This document shows, in pieces, positions 12,346 to 25,280 of a DNA stretch of 64,000 nucleotides. The translations under genes were made by a program, and so were the position numbers. Source of the DNA: Nemertoderma westbladi (lineage: Eukaryota > Animalia > Xenacoelomorpha); contig JAUCBJ010000021.1 in NCBI GenBank assembly GCA_032718475.1, positions 41,460 to 105,459 of the forward strand, in the 5' to 3' direction. Positions within the stretch are counted from its first letter, which is position 1, and each line of letters begins with the position of its first letter. The notes below the pieces were generated by a model. The model worked only from the letters and a program-made list of their open reading frames with translations. It was not told the origin of the DNA and searched no databases.

Positions 12346-13092
12346 CTAAATGGAATTGGATAGCAAATTTACAAATAATAAGTATAAATAAACTATAATA
12401 ATGATTTAATGGATTTGGTAATATATTATACTTAAGTATAATATAATATTGTTGTCAAAAAGTCAAGTTAACCGGGAGCAAATTTCCAACTTTTTTCGTC
12501 TGTAATTAAAGACAATGAAAGTCTCTGAGGTTTTGGTAGTTTAGTAAAATCGATTATTAGAAAGTCTATTAAAATATTTGATAAATGTGAGTTTTAGAAA
12601 ACCCTTGCCAATGTGTTGATGATAATGAAAAACTAAAGTTATTATTGGTTACCTATTCTATAAAATGTGATAAATACTGTCCAATCAGAGATTAGGATTT
12701 ATGTAAATTGTTTGCACATTCCAAAATCTCAATGATTATGCCATGTATTTTTTTTTGGTTATTATAACTGTCATTTAACCCTAACCCTATGTTATAAACT
12801 TTGAAATACATTAATTCATACAATACAATACAATTCATTAACGGCCTTTCGTGCCTATAGCATCATTTTCCATATTCCAGTGAATTTCATAAATTATGTC
12901 TTTAGTATAGTGTACTGTATTTTGATTGAATAGTAAAAAAATACTTTTTATTATTGAAGATGTAATAACAATTACCGGTACTGAATATGCCGTAAGAATA
13001 ACTAATTGATAGCTTATAAATATTAAAGTTTATTATTATAATAAATTGTATTTTATATTTGATAAATATTGATAATTACTCAACATTATATA

Positions 13093-13107
13093 TGGTGACC
13101 CGGACGT
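13093..13107 (+). other. tRNA primer-binding-site-like motif of a Gypsy element
   Basis: TGGTGACCCGGACGT shortly after ...CAACA, upstream of the plus-strand gag remnant at 14543. Confidence 0.45.
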
Positions 13108-13329
13108 CGAACTACTGAATATATAAAAAACTTACTACAGAACTGTGTACCTAATTGATAATTGGAATATCGGCACCGGCTGACTGGTACCGCGAAACCA
13201 TAATGCCCGATTTGCACAACCAACCCACTGCTATATTAGAAGCTGAACTCTCTACCTCATTAGGTTTGTTTTAAATTGGTTCGAAGGAATAATTATAAGT
13301 GAAACATTTTAATAAACGTTTGTTTTGTA

Positions 13330-14510
13330 TAGACCGACAGACCGACAGATAATTATGTATCAACGTATTTAATGAATAGTAATAAATATAAGTCGTTCAA
13401 CAGATGTGTGCCCTAACAGCAATGAACACCCACCACCTATCATAGGAAAGCAATAAAGGCACGAACTACTACATGCCCCAAAATGGAACTCGCTTAACAT
13501 AAGATTGACATTTTACATATATCTCTGAGGAACAAGCTTTTCTCTCGTACTCCTTCTTGTCTCCACAGTTTTTTGATCCAAATTGTCCTTGTTTATTACC
13601 ACTGATGGGATAAACTTTTTCAAGTATCTCCGGTTGCGCCAGTATAATCGTCCTGTTTCCGACTTCACTAGATAACTTCTACCACGAGGTTTGATCTCCA
13701 TAACCTCGGCGATCAGATCCCAAGTTTTCTTTTTCGTGTGTTGAACTCTAACAAATCACCAAATGAGAGTTGCACCAACTCACGAGAACCTTGATCCTAC
13801 ATTTCTTTGGCATTCTGTCGCAGAACTGTTGCTTTCCGATCAGCCTTTTGTACAGTATTCCTGTCAACCACATTGTACACTACAGGATGCGCAGGCAATG
13901 GTGTTCTTGTTGGTCTGCCAAATAACTTCATTGCTGGACTCATCCCATCATTTCTTGGAGTGTTCCTATACTTTTCCCTTCTGGATATCTCTTGATGGAA
14001 AAGTTTTCTTTACCAATAGCTTCATGCTCTTCACTGCTGCTTCAGCATAACCATTGGCGATATGGCGATGAATGGTCGTGTTTGATACCCCACTTTTTGC
14101 AGAATTCACTAAACTTCCTACTTTTAAACTGTGGACCACCGTCGAAGACATCAACCATTTTCATCTCTGCGCCTGCCCTCCAAATTGTAATGTACACATA
14201 GCCATACAATTTCTCCTTTAATCTCAAGATCCTCGGCGTTTCGATTTCTTCCAGTTGCTTGTGATTCAGAATTGATACAAGTGGTTTATGATTGACCACA
14301 AGCTCAAACTGATCACCACAAAGATATCTCTGCAGTTTCTTGACAGCCCAGACCACTGCCAACAATTCTATAGCGAGTATCGTGTTTATGTTGGGGTCGC
14401 AGTTCTTGAATTCGCTCTCAACAACTTCCAAACTTGACCTGACTCTTCTCGCCACAATGCATAACCCAACCCTGTCTTCTGGGCAGCATCCGTTTCCAAT
14501 CTGAGTTTTG
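13330..14510 (-). mobile_element. decayed Ty3/Gypsy pol fragment (RNase H, integrase)
   Basis: ELLAVVWAVKKLQRYL..VVNHKPL, DGGPQFKSRKFSEFCKKWGIKHDHSSPY..NGYAEAAVK and RSYLV...YWRNRRYL, with frameshifts and deletions. Confidence 0.85.
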
Positions 14511-14542
14511 CAATTACAATTACAATTACGATTACAATTACG

Positions 14543-15260
14543 ATGACATTACCAAACTTCTATGAAAAAGATTCAAGGATCTGGTTTGATCAAATCAAAC
14601 AAATCCTCTCTAACTCATCCAAAGAAGTTATGAAATACAGTCTGCTAAGAGTCCTACCAACAAATTTAATCTTTGACAGCAGCATACATGTTTCTGATGA
14701 TTTTGAAACTATAAAAACAAGTGTAATTAATTTCTTTGACGACAGTGGGGAGCGAAGACTAAAGAAGCTGGTCCAGGATCAAGCCCTTGGCGACCACAAA
14801 CCCTCCATTACCCTGAGACAACTGTTACGTTTAGCTCCGCATAACGAAAACATATTTGAACTACGATTTTTGGAGATTTCACCCGAACCTGTTCGTTTAG
14901 CACTAATATCAATATAGAATGATATGATAGAATCAATATGGAATTTCAACCAAACCCAAACCAGTCATACCAACCAACATACCAACCAACATACTCATAC
15001 CAACCCAGTCAATGTAAACAGTGTTACAGTTCCAATCAACCACACCTCTACCTCAAGGCCTAATCCGAACAACACAACTACAACTGGAGGCACCACTGCA
15101 GCCAATGGATACACCATGGAACTCTGGTGCAGTAATATCACACAGCAAATGACCAAGTTAACCCATGCCATCAATCAAGATCTTATCTACTCAAGACAAG
15201 ATCACTCACAAGAATGGAGTCATAATGGTGGGAACAATCGAGAAAGATATTCTGCCTCGA
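14543..15260 (+). mobile_element. decayed Gypsy-type gag fragment
   Basis: LPNFYEKDSRIWFDQI and LGDHKPSITLRQL motifs, with an in-frame stop at 14915. Confidence 0.65.
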
Positions 15261-15265
15261 GATCT

Positions 15266-16480
15266 CTACTACTACAATCAGCATGCTGCATTGCAGCTGC
15301 ATTATATATATATATATATATTACATATATATAAAGAATGCTGTGCCGGCTTGTCGACAAAGTTGCACCTCCACAACTCCCTATCACCCATGAAATTTGC
15401 TAGATCATCCGCATCTTCAAGGCCAGTGTCCTTTAAGTTGCGTCTCAAGAAAGTCATGGGCTGTCCACCATGCTTATTCACTCCATGAGGCCAACAAAGC
15501 ACAAGATTATACACTGGCTGGTCCTCACGGCGAAAGCAATGTGCTGCAAAGCAGAGGCTGCTTTGTTCTAGTGTCAAGCTTGGGGGAACCAATGAGACAC
15601 CTCCAATGTTATATAGTGTCTGTTTGGAGATGGTTGTACTGTACTTGACACACTGAACCTGGCGAAGCATTCATGTGAATGTGCCATCTAGAGATTTTGT
15701 GTCCTCAGCAGTTAGAGCCCAGGATGAACTCCCATAGAGGAGTACTGGAACTACTGCTACTCTAAATAATCGGACCTTAAGTTTCCAATGAATTCTATGT
15801 GACTTCCAAATCCTGGAAAGCCCATTTAAGGCTGCCCATGCCTTTCCCTTACGTTTTCAGAGGTCCTCATCTGACTTCTGGATCCATGATCCCAGTTAAC
15901 AGAAGTCATCCACTTTCTCAAGCATACCATCCTTTGAGCTTATGCTCATCCAGTCAGAGACTTGCTGAAGCAGCCTGTTCTAATGAGATGAGGAGCCATT
16001 GGGTTCCCTCAAGTGATTCTGAGAGTACTCCTAAATCATCAGCAAGTCTAGATCGGGTAGGTACTTGGCAGGATTTCCTCAACTTCTGGTGCCAGTAGGA
16101 GAAGTCAACAAACTACTACTACTACTACTACTACTAGGATCGGCATGCTGCATTGCAGCTGCATTTTTAGAATGCTGTGCCGGCTTGTCGACAAAATTGC
16201 TCCGCCACAACTCCCTATCACCCATGACATTTGCTAGATCATCCGCATCTTCAAGGCCTTGACCTTTAAGATGCGTCTCAAGAAAGTCATGGGCTGTCCA
16301 CCATGAGGCTACCAAAGCACAAGATTATGCACTGGCTGGTCCTCACGGCAAAAGACAACAAACGTCGACAAAGATAACAGCCAGATTTTTTGATAACTCT
16401 TCAATTATCCTTCTCCAAAATGGGCTCCATGGTCCCACGACTTTTATAGAACCCATTCTGATTTCCACGGAGCAGTTTCT
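15266..16480 (-). mobile_element. two adjacent deleted copies of the RTE LINE family seen at 59224-61102
   Basis: Both share the GLEDADDLAN.MGDRELWR.NFVDKPAQHS terminus, the GCAGCTGCAATGCAGCATG 3' UTR and (TAG)n tails (~15266 and ~16112). Confidence 0.88.
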
Positions 16481-16799
16481 CAAGACTTCAAAGATCCTCT
16501 TCAGATCTTCTTTAACAGAGATGGAGATCTCGAGTTTTAGTACTCGAGATCTCCATCAGCTCCAAGAGATTACTACCAAGCTCGTTCCAAATCACGTTCC
16601 TCCAACCCTGATGGGAAATTTTGTTGGTATCATTGGAAATTCGGTAAGAATGCTACTAAGTGTATGGTAGAAAACTGCCAGTGGGACCCAGAGATCATAT
16701 ATATATATATATCACACTTTTACATAGAATAACATTAATTAAACCCACTAAATTCTGAGACTAATGCTTTACCACTACACCGAAATAATCATTACTTGT

Positions 16800-17850
16800 A
16801 CAAATTGCTTTATCGCTGTTTCCACAATTTAGATAACATTTTTGATGTTCTCAGTTGATGCTTTTCAGATATCAGATCCTTAATATCCATGTCTCCTAAA
16901 TGACCAGTAATAGCCCAAGATCTATCATATGTTGTACATGAAAATAGAAAGTGCTCCTCAGTTTCAACACATTCTCTGGAGAGTCTGCAGATTCGATTCT
17001 CCAGCTTTTCTCCTCGATACCTTCCAACCTCTATCTCTATAGGAAGTACTCCACATCTAAACTGAACCATGCGGGATTTTTCTGATCTCTTCAAGTTTGC
17101 CTTGACATAAGTTTCTACTTTGTGGTTTTCTTTGAAAGTTTTGTAGGTTCTTAGCTTCGGTTTCATCTCAATGGCTTCTTTCCAAACATTGATATGATAT
17201 TCTTCAAGGTTATTTTCCGTAACAATTTAGAGGTTTTCTTGTCTTAAAAAGTCTCAATCATGTTTATAGCCAGAAATATCACCTTGACTTTACTGATCCA
17301 GTTTGAGGCTTGATTTCCATTGTATAACAGCTGAAACACTTGGTTTGGTAGCCTATCATGCGGCACCATAATTAACTTATTCCACCACCATATAACATTC
17401 AGCACTTGGTGGTGAGAAGATGGAAGCCATCCGATCTCTCCTTCTACAGCAGGTAGTGCGGTGAAGCGGTGTAAACCAAGAAAGGTGTGTGCGTGCTGGT
17501 TTGTTCTGGACACTCAACCTTTTTGGGCTCTATAGCACCCCACACAGCTGAACCATAGTTAATTACTGATGCCATGCGTGACTCATAGAGCTTAGTAAAT
17601 GTCTCGTAGGCAAACCCACCAATCAATTTAGATTTTGAGGTCAAGGATCCCAAAGCTCTGAGTCCAGGCTTTTCTAATATTTCATGATTGTCAATGAAAG
17701 ACAAGTCTTCATCGAAAATCAGGTTGAGATATCGATACGACTCAACCACTTTAAAATGTATAGACCCAACCATGAAGTCATTGGACATCTGTTGAATTGA
17801 CTTGTGATGTCTGAAGTGAACAATTTGAGATTTGTCTTTATTGAGCAATA
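16800..17850 (-). mobile_element. decayed non-LTR retrotransposon ORF2 3' part (RTE-X-like)
   Basis: YRYLNLIF, NYGSAVWG and KLRTYKTFK..RCGVLPIEIEVGRY..RIC..VETEEHFLFSC, frameshifted. The clade assignment is tentative. Confidence 0.75.
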
Positions 17851-18119
17851 AAGTAAAAAATAGTACAGCAAGGTCTCAAGTTCGATCCAACCTGGACATC
17901 ATTGCTGACTTGAATAATTGTTCCCAACAAAAGTTATAATATGAAACCACTCATTCACTCAAGACACCAATAATAATTTATAAAAATACACCGGTCATAT
18001 TTCTCTATGGGTGTAGCTGTCCTTCCTAAATCAGTGGTTAGAGTGTATAATTAAGCATAGTGACCATGAGGTTAATGTTAAATATACATACACTACCCTT
18101 TCATTGTAGCGTGTAGTTA

Positions 18120-18330
18120 AAGACGGCCAAGTTCTGTAGGGTTGAGCACAGTGGCAGCAGATTATGCAATTATGGATCAGGTATCAGTATCAGGTAGTAT
18201 TTCCAGGTCCACCTTTTAACCTGAGCTGCTGGCTGAATGGTTGAGCGTGAGACTTCCAACCCGGAGGTCACCAAATCGATCCCACCTGGATGTCATTGCC
18301 GACTTTCAAGGCTGTGCCCAACAAAGTTAT
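18120..18330 (+). repeat. interspersed repeat with tRNA-like (SINE-type) segment
   Basis: Shares CAG.TAGTATTTCCAGGTC..CCTGAGC.GCT.GCTGAATGGTT..AGCGT.AGACT with 35115-35280, and TCGATCC.ACCTGGA with ~17880. Confidence 0.55.
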
Positions 18331-18375
18331 AAATATTTTAAAATATTATATTAATTAGCCACCAGAACTACTAAC

Positions 18376-18535
18376 AATGGGTAGGGGCAATTAGTCATGT
18401 TTGTTGCAGGATCACCTAATGAACGAATATATGCCAATGTCTCATCATCATCACCAGTAATGGCACCATTAGTTGCATCAATCCAGTAGGTCCAAGCAGT
18501 ACCTTCACCGTCGCAAGGTGCTGGAGGCACAGGTG
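18376..18535 (-). CDS. host gene exon, N-terminal half of WxxW domain
   Basis: PVPPAPCDGEGTAWTYWIDATNGAITGDDDETLAYIRSLGDPATNMTNCPYP. TTTACAG acceptor, GTTAGT donor. Confidence 0.88.
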
Positions 18536-18720
18536 CTGTAAATATTAATACATTGTACATCAGAAGGCATTATATGTTTTTGTACCTTTCTTACAAAAAT
18601 GTATGACAGTTGCATTCATATGGAGAAGGGGACCATATATTGCACATCACAATAACCAATAAGTCAATATGATAATGCTCTCCATAGCGAAAAATATCAA
18701 CCGGCCCTATTGGGGCTCGA

Positions 18721-18764
18721 ACCCGGTACCTAGGTTTCAAACTTCTGGTTATCATCAGCCGGGT
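18721..18764 (-). ncRNA. mirror-image hammerhead ribozyme copy (same sense as host pre-mRNA)
   Basis: Exact reverse complement of 18819-18862, inside the inverted arm. Confidence 0.75.
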
Positions 18765-18818
18765 GAGTGTACTGAGCTACCAGACCGTTCAGATCCGGTC
18801 TGGTAGCTCAGTACACTC

Positions 18819-18862
18819 ACCCGGCTGATGATAACCAGAAGTTTGAAACCTAGGTACCGGGT
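18819..18862 (+). ncRNA. minimal type-I hammerhead ribozyme
   Basis: ACCCGG CTGATGA TAACCAGAAGTTT GAAA C CTAG G TA CCGGGT: 6-bp stem I, conserved core, palindromic stem III loop, GUA cleavage triplet. Stem II has a U-U closing mismatch. Confidence 0.8.
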
Positions 18863-20798
18863 TCGAGCCCCAATAGGGCCGGTTGATATTTTTCGCTATG
18901 GAGAGCATTATCATATTGTCCTATTTACATTGTATATTTAATACACCGCGTCCCTCGCCCCACAACAATTCACTTATTATTATTAATAACCAATAAGGGA
19001 CTAAAATAAGTATATACCGTCCAACCCATATACTAGAAAAGCCAGCCAGCTGGCTGTAAACGAAACTGCCTAAATTTAAAATCCACATTATAGAGATTAA
19101 ATAATAAAATCTGAACTGGGATCGAACAGAGTTCTTTCACATCTTAAGTCTGGAGCTTTACTGAGTGTGCTGGTAGAGTGTAACTCACCAGAACAACAAC
19201 AATAATTACATTCTTTTTGAGGGTCCCAACACACAACAACAACTACCTTCCTCTATGAAGAGACAGTTTCGTTATCAAATTATAATCATGTAATCAATAA
19301 AAGAGCAATCTGCAATATGCTTCATTTTCCATCCTTATAGTGATGACATTTTTTTTGTTTTATAACACTATCACATCGCAATAGTTTGGTGAACAACATT
19401 AACATGTTATATGTCTACCAACACTGTCTGCATAATCCATGTCACAAGGTGGGGTAGGGACAGTTGCAGTTGTGAAGTGTTAAACCATTTGCGGCAAAAA
19501 TGTGTCGTTTTTGTGCAATGCGCGAACTACTCTAAGACTGGCATTATCTCGAGGGATTGGAGAATGTGTAAAACTTACACCATCTAGCGTTTATTTTGGT
19601 ACAGAGCTGTAGTGACGAAATCACCAGCCATTGGCCAGCATTTCTCTTTGTCCTGTATCCTCTGTGTTATTTTCCGGCAAATCAGCACAATTTTCACTTT
19701 GCCAATTCTTGAGGCTTTGTTAACATATGAATAGGCCGCAGTGCGACAAAATCATTCATTCTGACTTCTGCCCGGACTGTCAGAGGGTTATCAACCACAA
19801 TATATTATCTCTTGTATTTCACTACTGCTGTACTGGATCACTTTCTGCACTTACAGCGAACATCGGACTGCTGATTGAATGCAGGCACCGTATATTTATA
19901 CTGTTTTTATACTGTTATTCATTGTTATTTGGTAACATATTTAATATGAATACTTATAAATATATAAATACTTATATTTGGAGAATACTTAGGAATAATC
20001 GATAATTTCCCTTAACTTTCTTTATTGTTGAGGTAAGCAGAAGGGAACATGAGTAATAATTGCTTGGCTCAAATTACAGTTGTCTGTATGAATATTATGC
20101 TACTTCATAACTCCAACATAAGAGAGCTAAATTTATCCTTATATATGACTAAAATTGGTAACAGTCGGCAAATTAACGTGTTTCAGTACTATTGTCAGTA
20201 AAGTGAGTGCGAGCGAATACTTCTACATTCCTAAAGAATGTAAAAACCATGATGTTCCATAACCCTCCGTTGTAATTAGTATAAGTCATATCTCTGTCTG
20301 ATATTTAAAGTGCAGCATCTAGAGGAACTCTTGGTATTGCCCTGAAAATAAGCAGAGTTTTTGGGGATTATATAGTAGAGATCAATCGAATAATACAAAG
20401 TAGACTACCCCATTCTCGGCCATAGAATTCAGTCTCCCACACACAGTGGGTCATACTCCGCGCTAGACTGTCTTCTACTCCTACTGTGGTCATATTTTGT
20501 GCGGGCTGTCAGACAATATAAGACACGTAAATTAACAGGTTAAACTGATAAAGGTCTAAAAGCGCGAACATGAAGGGATCGAGTTACGTGATCTGTGTAC
20601 AATGGTAATAGTATATATATTGAATAGAGGTTTATTAAATGAGTTATAATTGGCTATATTCCGGTTTAAATAGTTGAAAAGTTCAAAATTAACATGGCAA
20701 TATAATTATGATTTATATTAAACATTAAATTATTATAAGTAATTAAAAACAAATAAATAAGTAAACCAGATATTAAAAATGTTAATGCATTTCAAAAT

Positions 20799-20985
20799 GT
20801 GTACTGAGCTATCAGACCGGATGAATATTAAGTACCTTTTATTAGGAATCCTAGGAACCTGGTTCGAGCCCCAATAGGGCTGGTTGATATTTTTCGGTAT
20901 GGAGAGCTTTATCATATTGTCTTATTTACATTGTATATTTAATACACCGCGTCACTCACCCCACAACAATTCACTTATTATTAAT
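20799..20985 (+). mobile_element. degenerate second copy of the hammerhead retroposon
   Basis: CCTAGGAACCTGGTTCGAGCCCCAATAGGGC...CACAACAATTCACTTATTATT matches 18849-18984. It is preceded by an inverted remnant GTGTACTGAGCTATCAGACCGG. The ribozyme core is lost. Confidence 0.85.
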
Positions 20986-22699
20986 AACCTATATTGAGTA
21001 TCTACAGCTATTTTACTCATGGCTATTATTATCATCACCTTTCATCTGATTGGTCCAGGATGCAGGGCCGGGTGGAACCACTTAGCAAAATCAATGTTTC
21101 TTATTAAATTAGCTCTATTTCCTTGTACTTTCAGTGACCTATGGCTTTCTAATTCCCTCCCAATATTGTAAATTTGTGCTTCGTTATGCGGTGAGTGCAA
21201 AACAAAGACCAAAGACCCACTGTACAAAACAACGAGGTAAAGTCGCGTCTCAAAGAGCGTTAGGTCCCAAAGATCGTTAGGTCCCATTGCAATTTAAAGG
21301 AGCAGGTTAATAAAAGAGCAGGTTAAAGAGGCGTGTTGGGGGAACCAAAACAATTAATTTTATTCTATGTTGGTTTTAGTTTTAGCATATTGAACAGTCT
21401 TGTGGTAGCTTGTTTATCATCAACTTGTAAAATCTTAGGGAGTTATGAAAATAGACCAATAATTCAGAATATGAATCTAACTTGAGTAATAATTCCGCCC
21501 GTGTTTAACTGCCTATATTTATTGAATTGGAGTTGAGATGTTAATGCAACTGCAATAAAATATGTAATATTATGGGTTTTGTTACGAAATTGAAAAATCA
21601 AGGAAGCATGTCACCACGGAGGGGATGAACCAGCGCTTGATATATTGGAATGTTTTATTAATGTTTTCTTTTATACCTATCAGCTAGGTATACCAGATGG
21701 ACTTTCATCAGATCTCTTTTCATAGGATTTAGACAAACTGAAACTGACAAACTAAATAACAGAAACCCTAGAGTTATTTACGAATCACAGGTTTTGCAAA
21801 GAAAGCCTTTACAGAAAGCTCAATTCCACAGAAAGCGGGTATCATGTATACCCAACATCTACCCAACTTAAACCATGTAAAAAATGACCTAGTGTAAACC
21901 CTCTTCTTGCCATTTCATTCCTGTTGTATAGTAGTAGCCTACATCAATCACTATGTGTTTTATTATGTTTCTAATTAATATTCATTAGTTAATATATTGC
22001 ATTTAGTTAATAGTCAATATGTTTGTAACAACTTGGATAATTTGATATCATTTGAAGAATTCCGCTCAGAAAAAAAAATGGGCCACTGCCAGCCTTTGTC
22101 TTGAAGTTCAATGAGTCTTGTACCAGTAGCAGTGATTCGAAGCAACGTAAATCTGGTTAGGGTGGTGGTACTACCCTCATGGTCTATTAACTTTGGGATA
22201 ATCATATTTCAGCCAATAAAAGAGTGTGTTATATAATGATATAGCAAACAGCTTCTGGGTTGTTGTATTTCTCGACATGCTCGCTATGAGATTTTGAATA
22301 GAGCTGTTCCTAAGATTTATACTTTCTTCGGTGATGTTTATAGGGATGACAGTATGACAATTAACATGGGCAGTGATTTTTTATGTCCTTTTATTTGGCT
22401 TTTTTTGTCCCTTTTTTTTTTACGAATTATGCATAATGACTTTTGTTGTCCTTTTAATGATTTTTATTGTCCTTTTAATGACTTTTTATGTATGTATTTC
22501 TTCAAACTGTCAGACTGCTGATTTCTGGACTGTCAGACAGTTGATTTCACTATGCCTGTGCCAAAACATTCCATGATTCCATGATTTATAGACTATGAGA
22601 TAGATTTCCATATGCGCCTGTGGTAAAAAGACTCTATATTTAATAGTTTGTGGTTGATGTCGATAATCGATTACCACATGACGTAGCAAAACACTCATT

Positions 22700-23362
22700 T
22701 TATAACCAAAAACAATTACCAATTGATGGAAAGGAGCAGGTTAAGGCCGAGTTTTCTAACCAAAACAATAAACAGTCACTTTACCAAATCAGGGAAAGGA
22801 GCAGGTTACAGAGACGGGATTTTCTAACCAAAACAATATACGATCACTTAACTAATTGAGGGAAAGGAGCAGGTTACAGAGGCGGGATTTTCTAACCAAA
22901 ACAATAGACGATTACTTAACTTATTGAGGGAAAGGAGCAGGTTACAGAGGCGGGATTTTCTAACCAAAACAATAAACGATCATTTAACTAATTGAGGGAA
23001 AGGGACAGGTTACAGAGGCGGAATTTTCTAACCAAAACAATAAACGATCATTTAACTAATTGAGGGAAAGGGGCAGGTTTACAGAGGCGGGATTTTCAAA
23101 CCAAAACAATAAACGATCATTTAACTAATTGAGGGAAAGGAGCAGGTTACAGAGACGGGATTTTCTAACCAAAACAATAAACGATAACATTACCAATTGA
23201 GAGAAAGGAGCAGGTTACAGAGGCGGGATTTTCTAACCAAAACAATAAACGATAACATTACCAATTGAGGGAAAGGAGCAGGTTACAGAGGCAGGATTAT
23301 CAAACCAAAACAATAAACGATCATTTAACTAATTGAGGGAAAGGGGCAGGTTACAGAGGTGG
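22700..23362. repeat. ~68-bp minisatellite, about 10 copies
   Basis: Unit AATTGAGGGAAAGGAGCAGGTTACAGAGGCGGGATTTTCTAACCAAAACAATAAACGATCATTTAACT, with starts 68 bp apart (22855, 22923, 22991, 23059). A diverged monomer lies at ~21295-21352. Confidence 0.95.
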
Positions 23363-25110
23363 GCCTTCTGTGCTGTTGGAAGTAGTGGTGCCGCTATCCG
23401 TAACACTACTCAGACAGTCGTCATGATCCATTATTGATTATAAAACTAATACAGTAATAGGCCTAAATTATGTGAAAGGTATATCCACATTTTCCACAAT
23501 CCTGCAATCCAGTTTGGCCTATCAATTATTTAAAATTTATTAGCACAACCGGATTTAAATCGCCATTACCGTATTTAAATGGTAGGCTACACAGTAGGCC
23601 TATAGCAGTACCGGTGCCGGTACCGGTACTAAAATACAGAAATACCTGCTTTATACCTACATCTGTACATACAATACAGCAAAATAGTGCTATATATACT
23701 AATACCGGTACTGATAGCCTGAGAGAACAGCAGTAGAGAAACCGGTAGCATGGAACCTAACATTAGACTTTTGGAGGACATAAAAAATAAAAAAAAAGAC
23801 AAAAAAAGGATTTAAACGGACAATAAAAATTATTGCGATTAACATGTAGAAATGTTCATGGATGGTCAATTAACTTTACTTTCAGTTCTAGGTCTAGTTC
23901 AGGTCTAATGGATGATTTTGGCCTCTACTCTTGCCTTGCAGATTCCAAATAGGTAAGGACTACTGCACCATTTCATTTTATTTCCCCAAATACTATTTTC
24001 ATTCATTTTTGCACTATTCACAATATTCCCGTGATAACCGTAATACCAATTCCACATTACTGATAGGACTACCAATTACATCAGAATCTAACAATACTGG
24101 TACTATTGGGTGTTAAGTAAATGTGCCCTTAATAGAAATCAATGCTTGTAAACCTGCCAATGATATACCGACCCCAGTTCTTGTTGAACCTGAGGTATAT
24201 ATTGATGATGAGTCAAAGAAGCTGTTTGTTTTATCTTTAGACCCATCATGGCTGATTAAAGTTCGAATGTAGTCCTCCAAGCTAATTATTGGTTGTCAGC
24301 CGAAGTGATGTGGAATATTTTGAGGATTGTGGGTGGATAGCTTATAATTATAGCAAATATAATTTTGTTGATTATACATTAGATTATGTAGATTAAGGAT
24401 TTACATTACGAGTCAGGAATTGATAACTGATTATTGATAATTGATAAATTTACTCTTCATGAGCTTTATGAGAATAATTCAATGTTTATACAATATGATG
24501 ATTACTTGGTACCAAGTGCTGTGGTCATGTGGAGTGGAATGTTGTTGATGTTTCATCGGCCAGCTCCTATGGTACTGTATTATTCCATGGCGAGTAGTTC
24601 CTTGGATTTATACATCCCATAGTAGCCTATTATATTTGTTTTGATTTACCTAACATGTTTCAACTATTGTAGAAGATCGATTTGATTTGGTTTGTCAAAG
24701 ATGTTACAACTGTAAACCTTAGAATTTATACAAAAGGAGGAGGACTTAAAGCCTGGGTTATTGTTTCCTGGTTACATCATCACTGCTACTAAAGAAGAAA
24801 GGGACAGTTTTAAAACAAATTTCTTTGCTGTAAAAATTGGTGTTATCAAATATGTCCCCAATTGAAGACTTCAGGGAAGAATTATTAAAATATGTTCCAA
24901 ATGTTGATATCAAAACTCATTAGGTTTCTGCTCAACATACTGAAAATTCGGATAGCTGATGCTTTTGAGGAAAAGTTTTAATCAGGACTCCTATTGGTTC
25001 TAATTTGAATGTGGTAGAAGATAATATACTTTGCTATTTGAAAGTGAAAGTAATTTTCGAATGAATAATTAATGACTGTTTCTTTCCTTTAACATAAATC
25101 AGTTCCTTAT

Positions 25111-25178
25111 ACCAATTTGTGGGGGCTTTGTTCCAATTTGTGGGGGCTTTGTTCCAATTTGTGGGGGCTTTGTTCCCA
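25111..25178. repeat. 21-bp tandem repeat, 3 copies
   Basis: CCAATTTGTGGGGGCTTTGTT occurs three times. Confidence 0.9.
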
Positions 25179-25280
25179 AGTTACCACTACCCAGGCCCTT
25201 GCTTGTTTCTGTAATCGAAATAATTCCCAACGCCATAAATATGTTAAAGTGGAATAATAAAAAAACAATAATAAAAAATA

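Larger units (their letters stand above)
18664..18984 (+). mobile_element. short hammerhead-ribozyme retroposon with inverted 5' duplication
   Basis: 13-bp TSD AATAACCAATAAG (18651-18663 and 18985-18997), (TTA)n tail, perfect 123-bp inverted repeat (18665-18787 and 18796-18918), and A-box-like TAGCTCAGT and B-box-like GGTTCGAGCC motifs. Confidence 0.85.

Noticed and set aside
22700-23362. Possible CRISPR array
   Set aside because: Units are wholly repeated with no unique spacers, there are no cas genes, and the context is eukaryotic.
21063-25200. hAT-like termini CAGGGCCGGG / CCCAGGCCCTT around decayed coding-like sequence
   Set aside because: The terminal match is weak, and I see no TSD or recognisable transposase motif.
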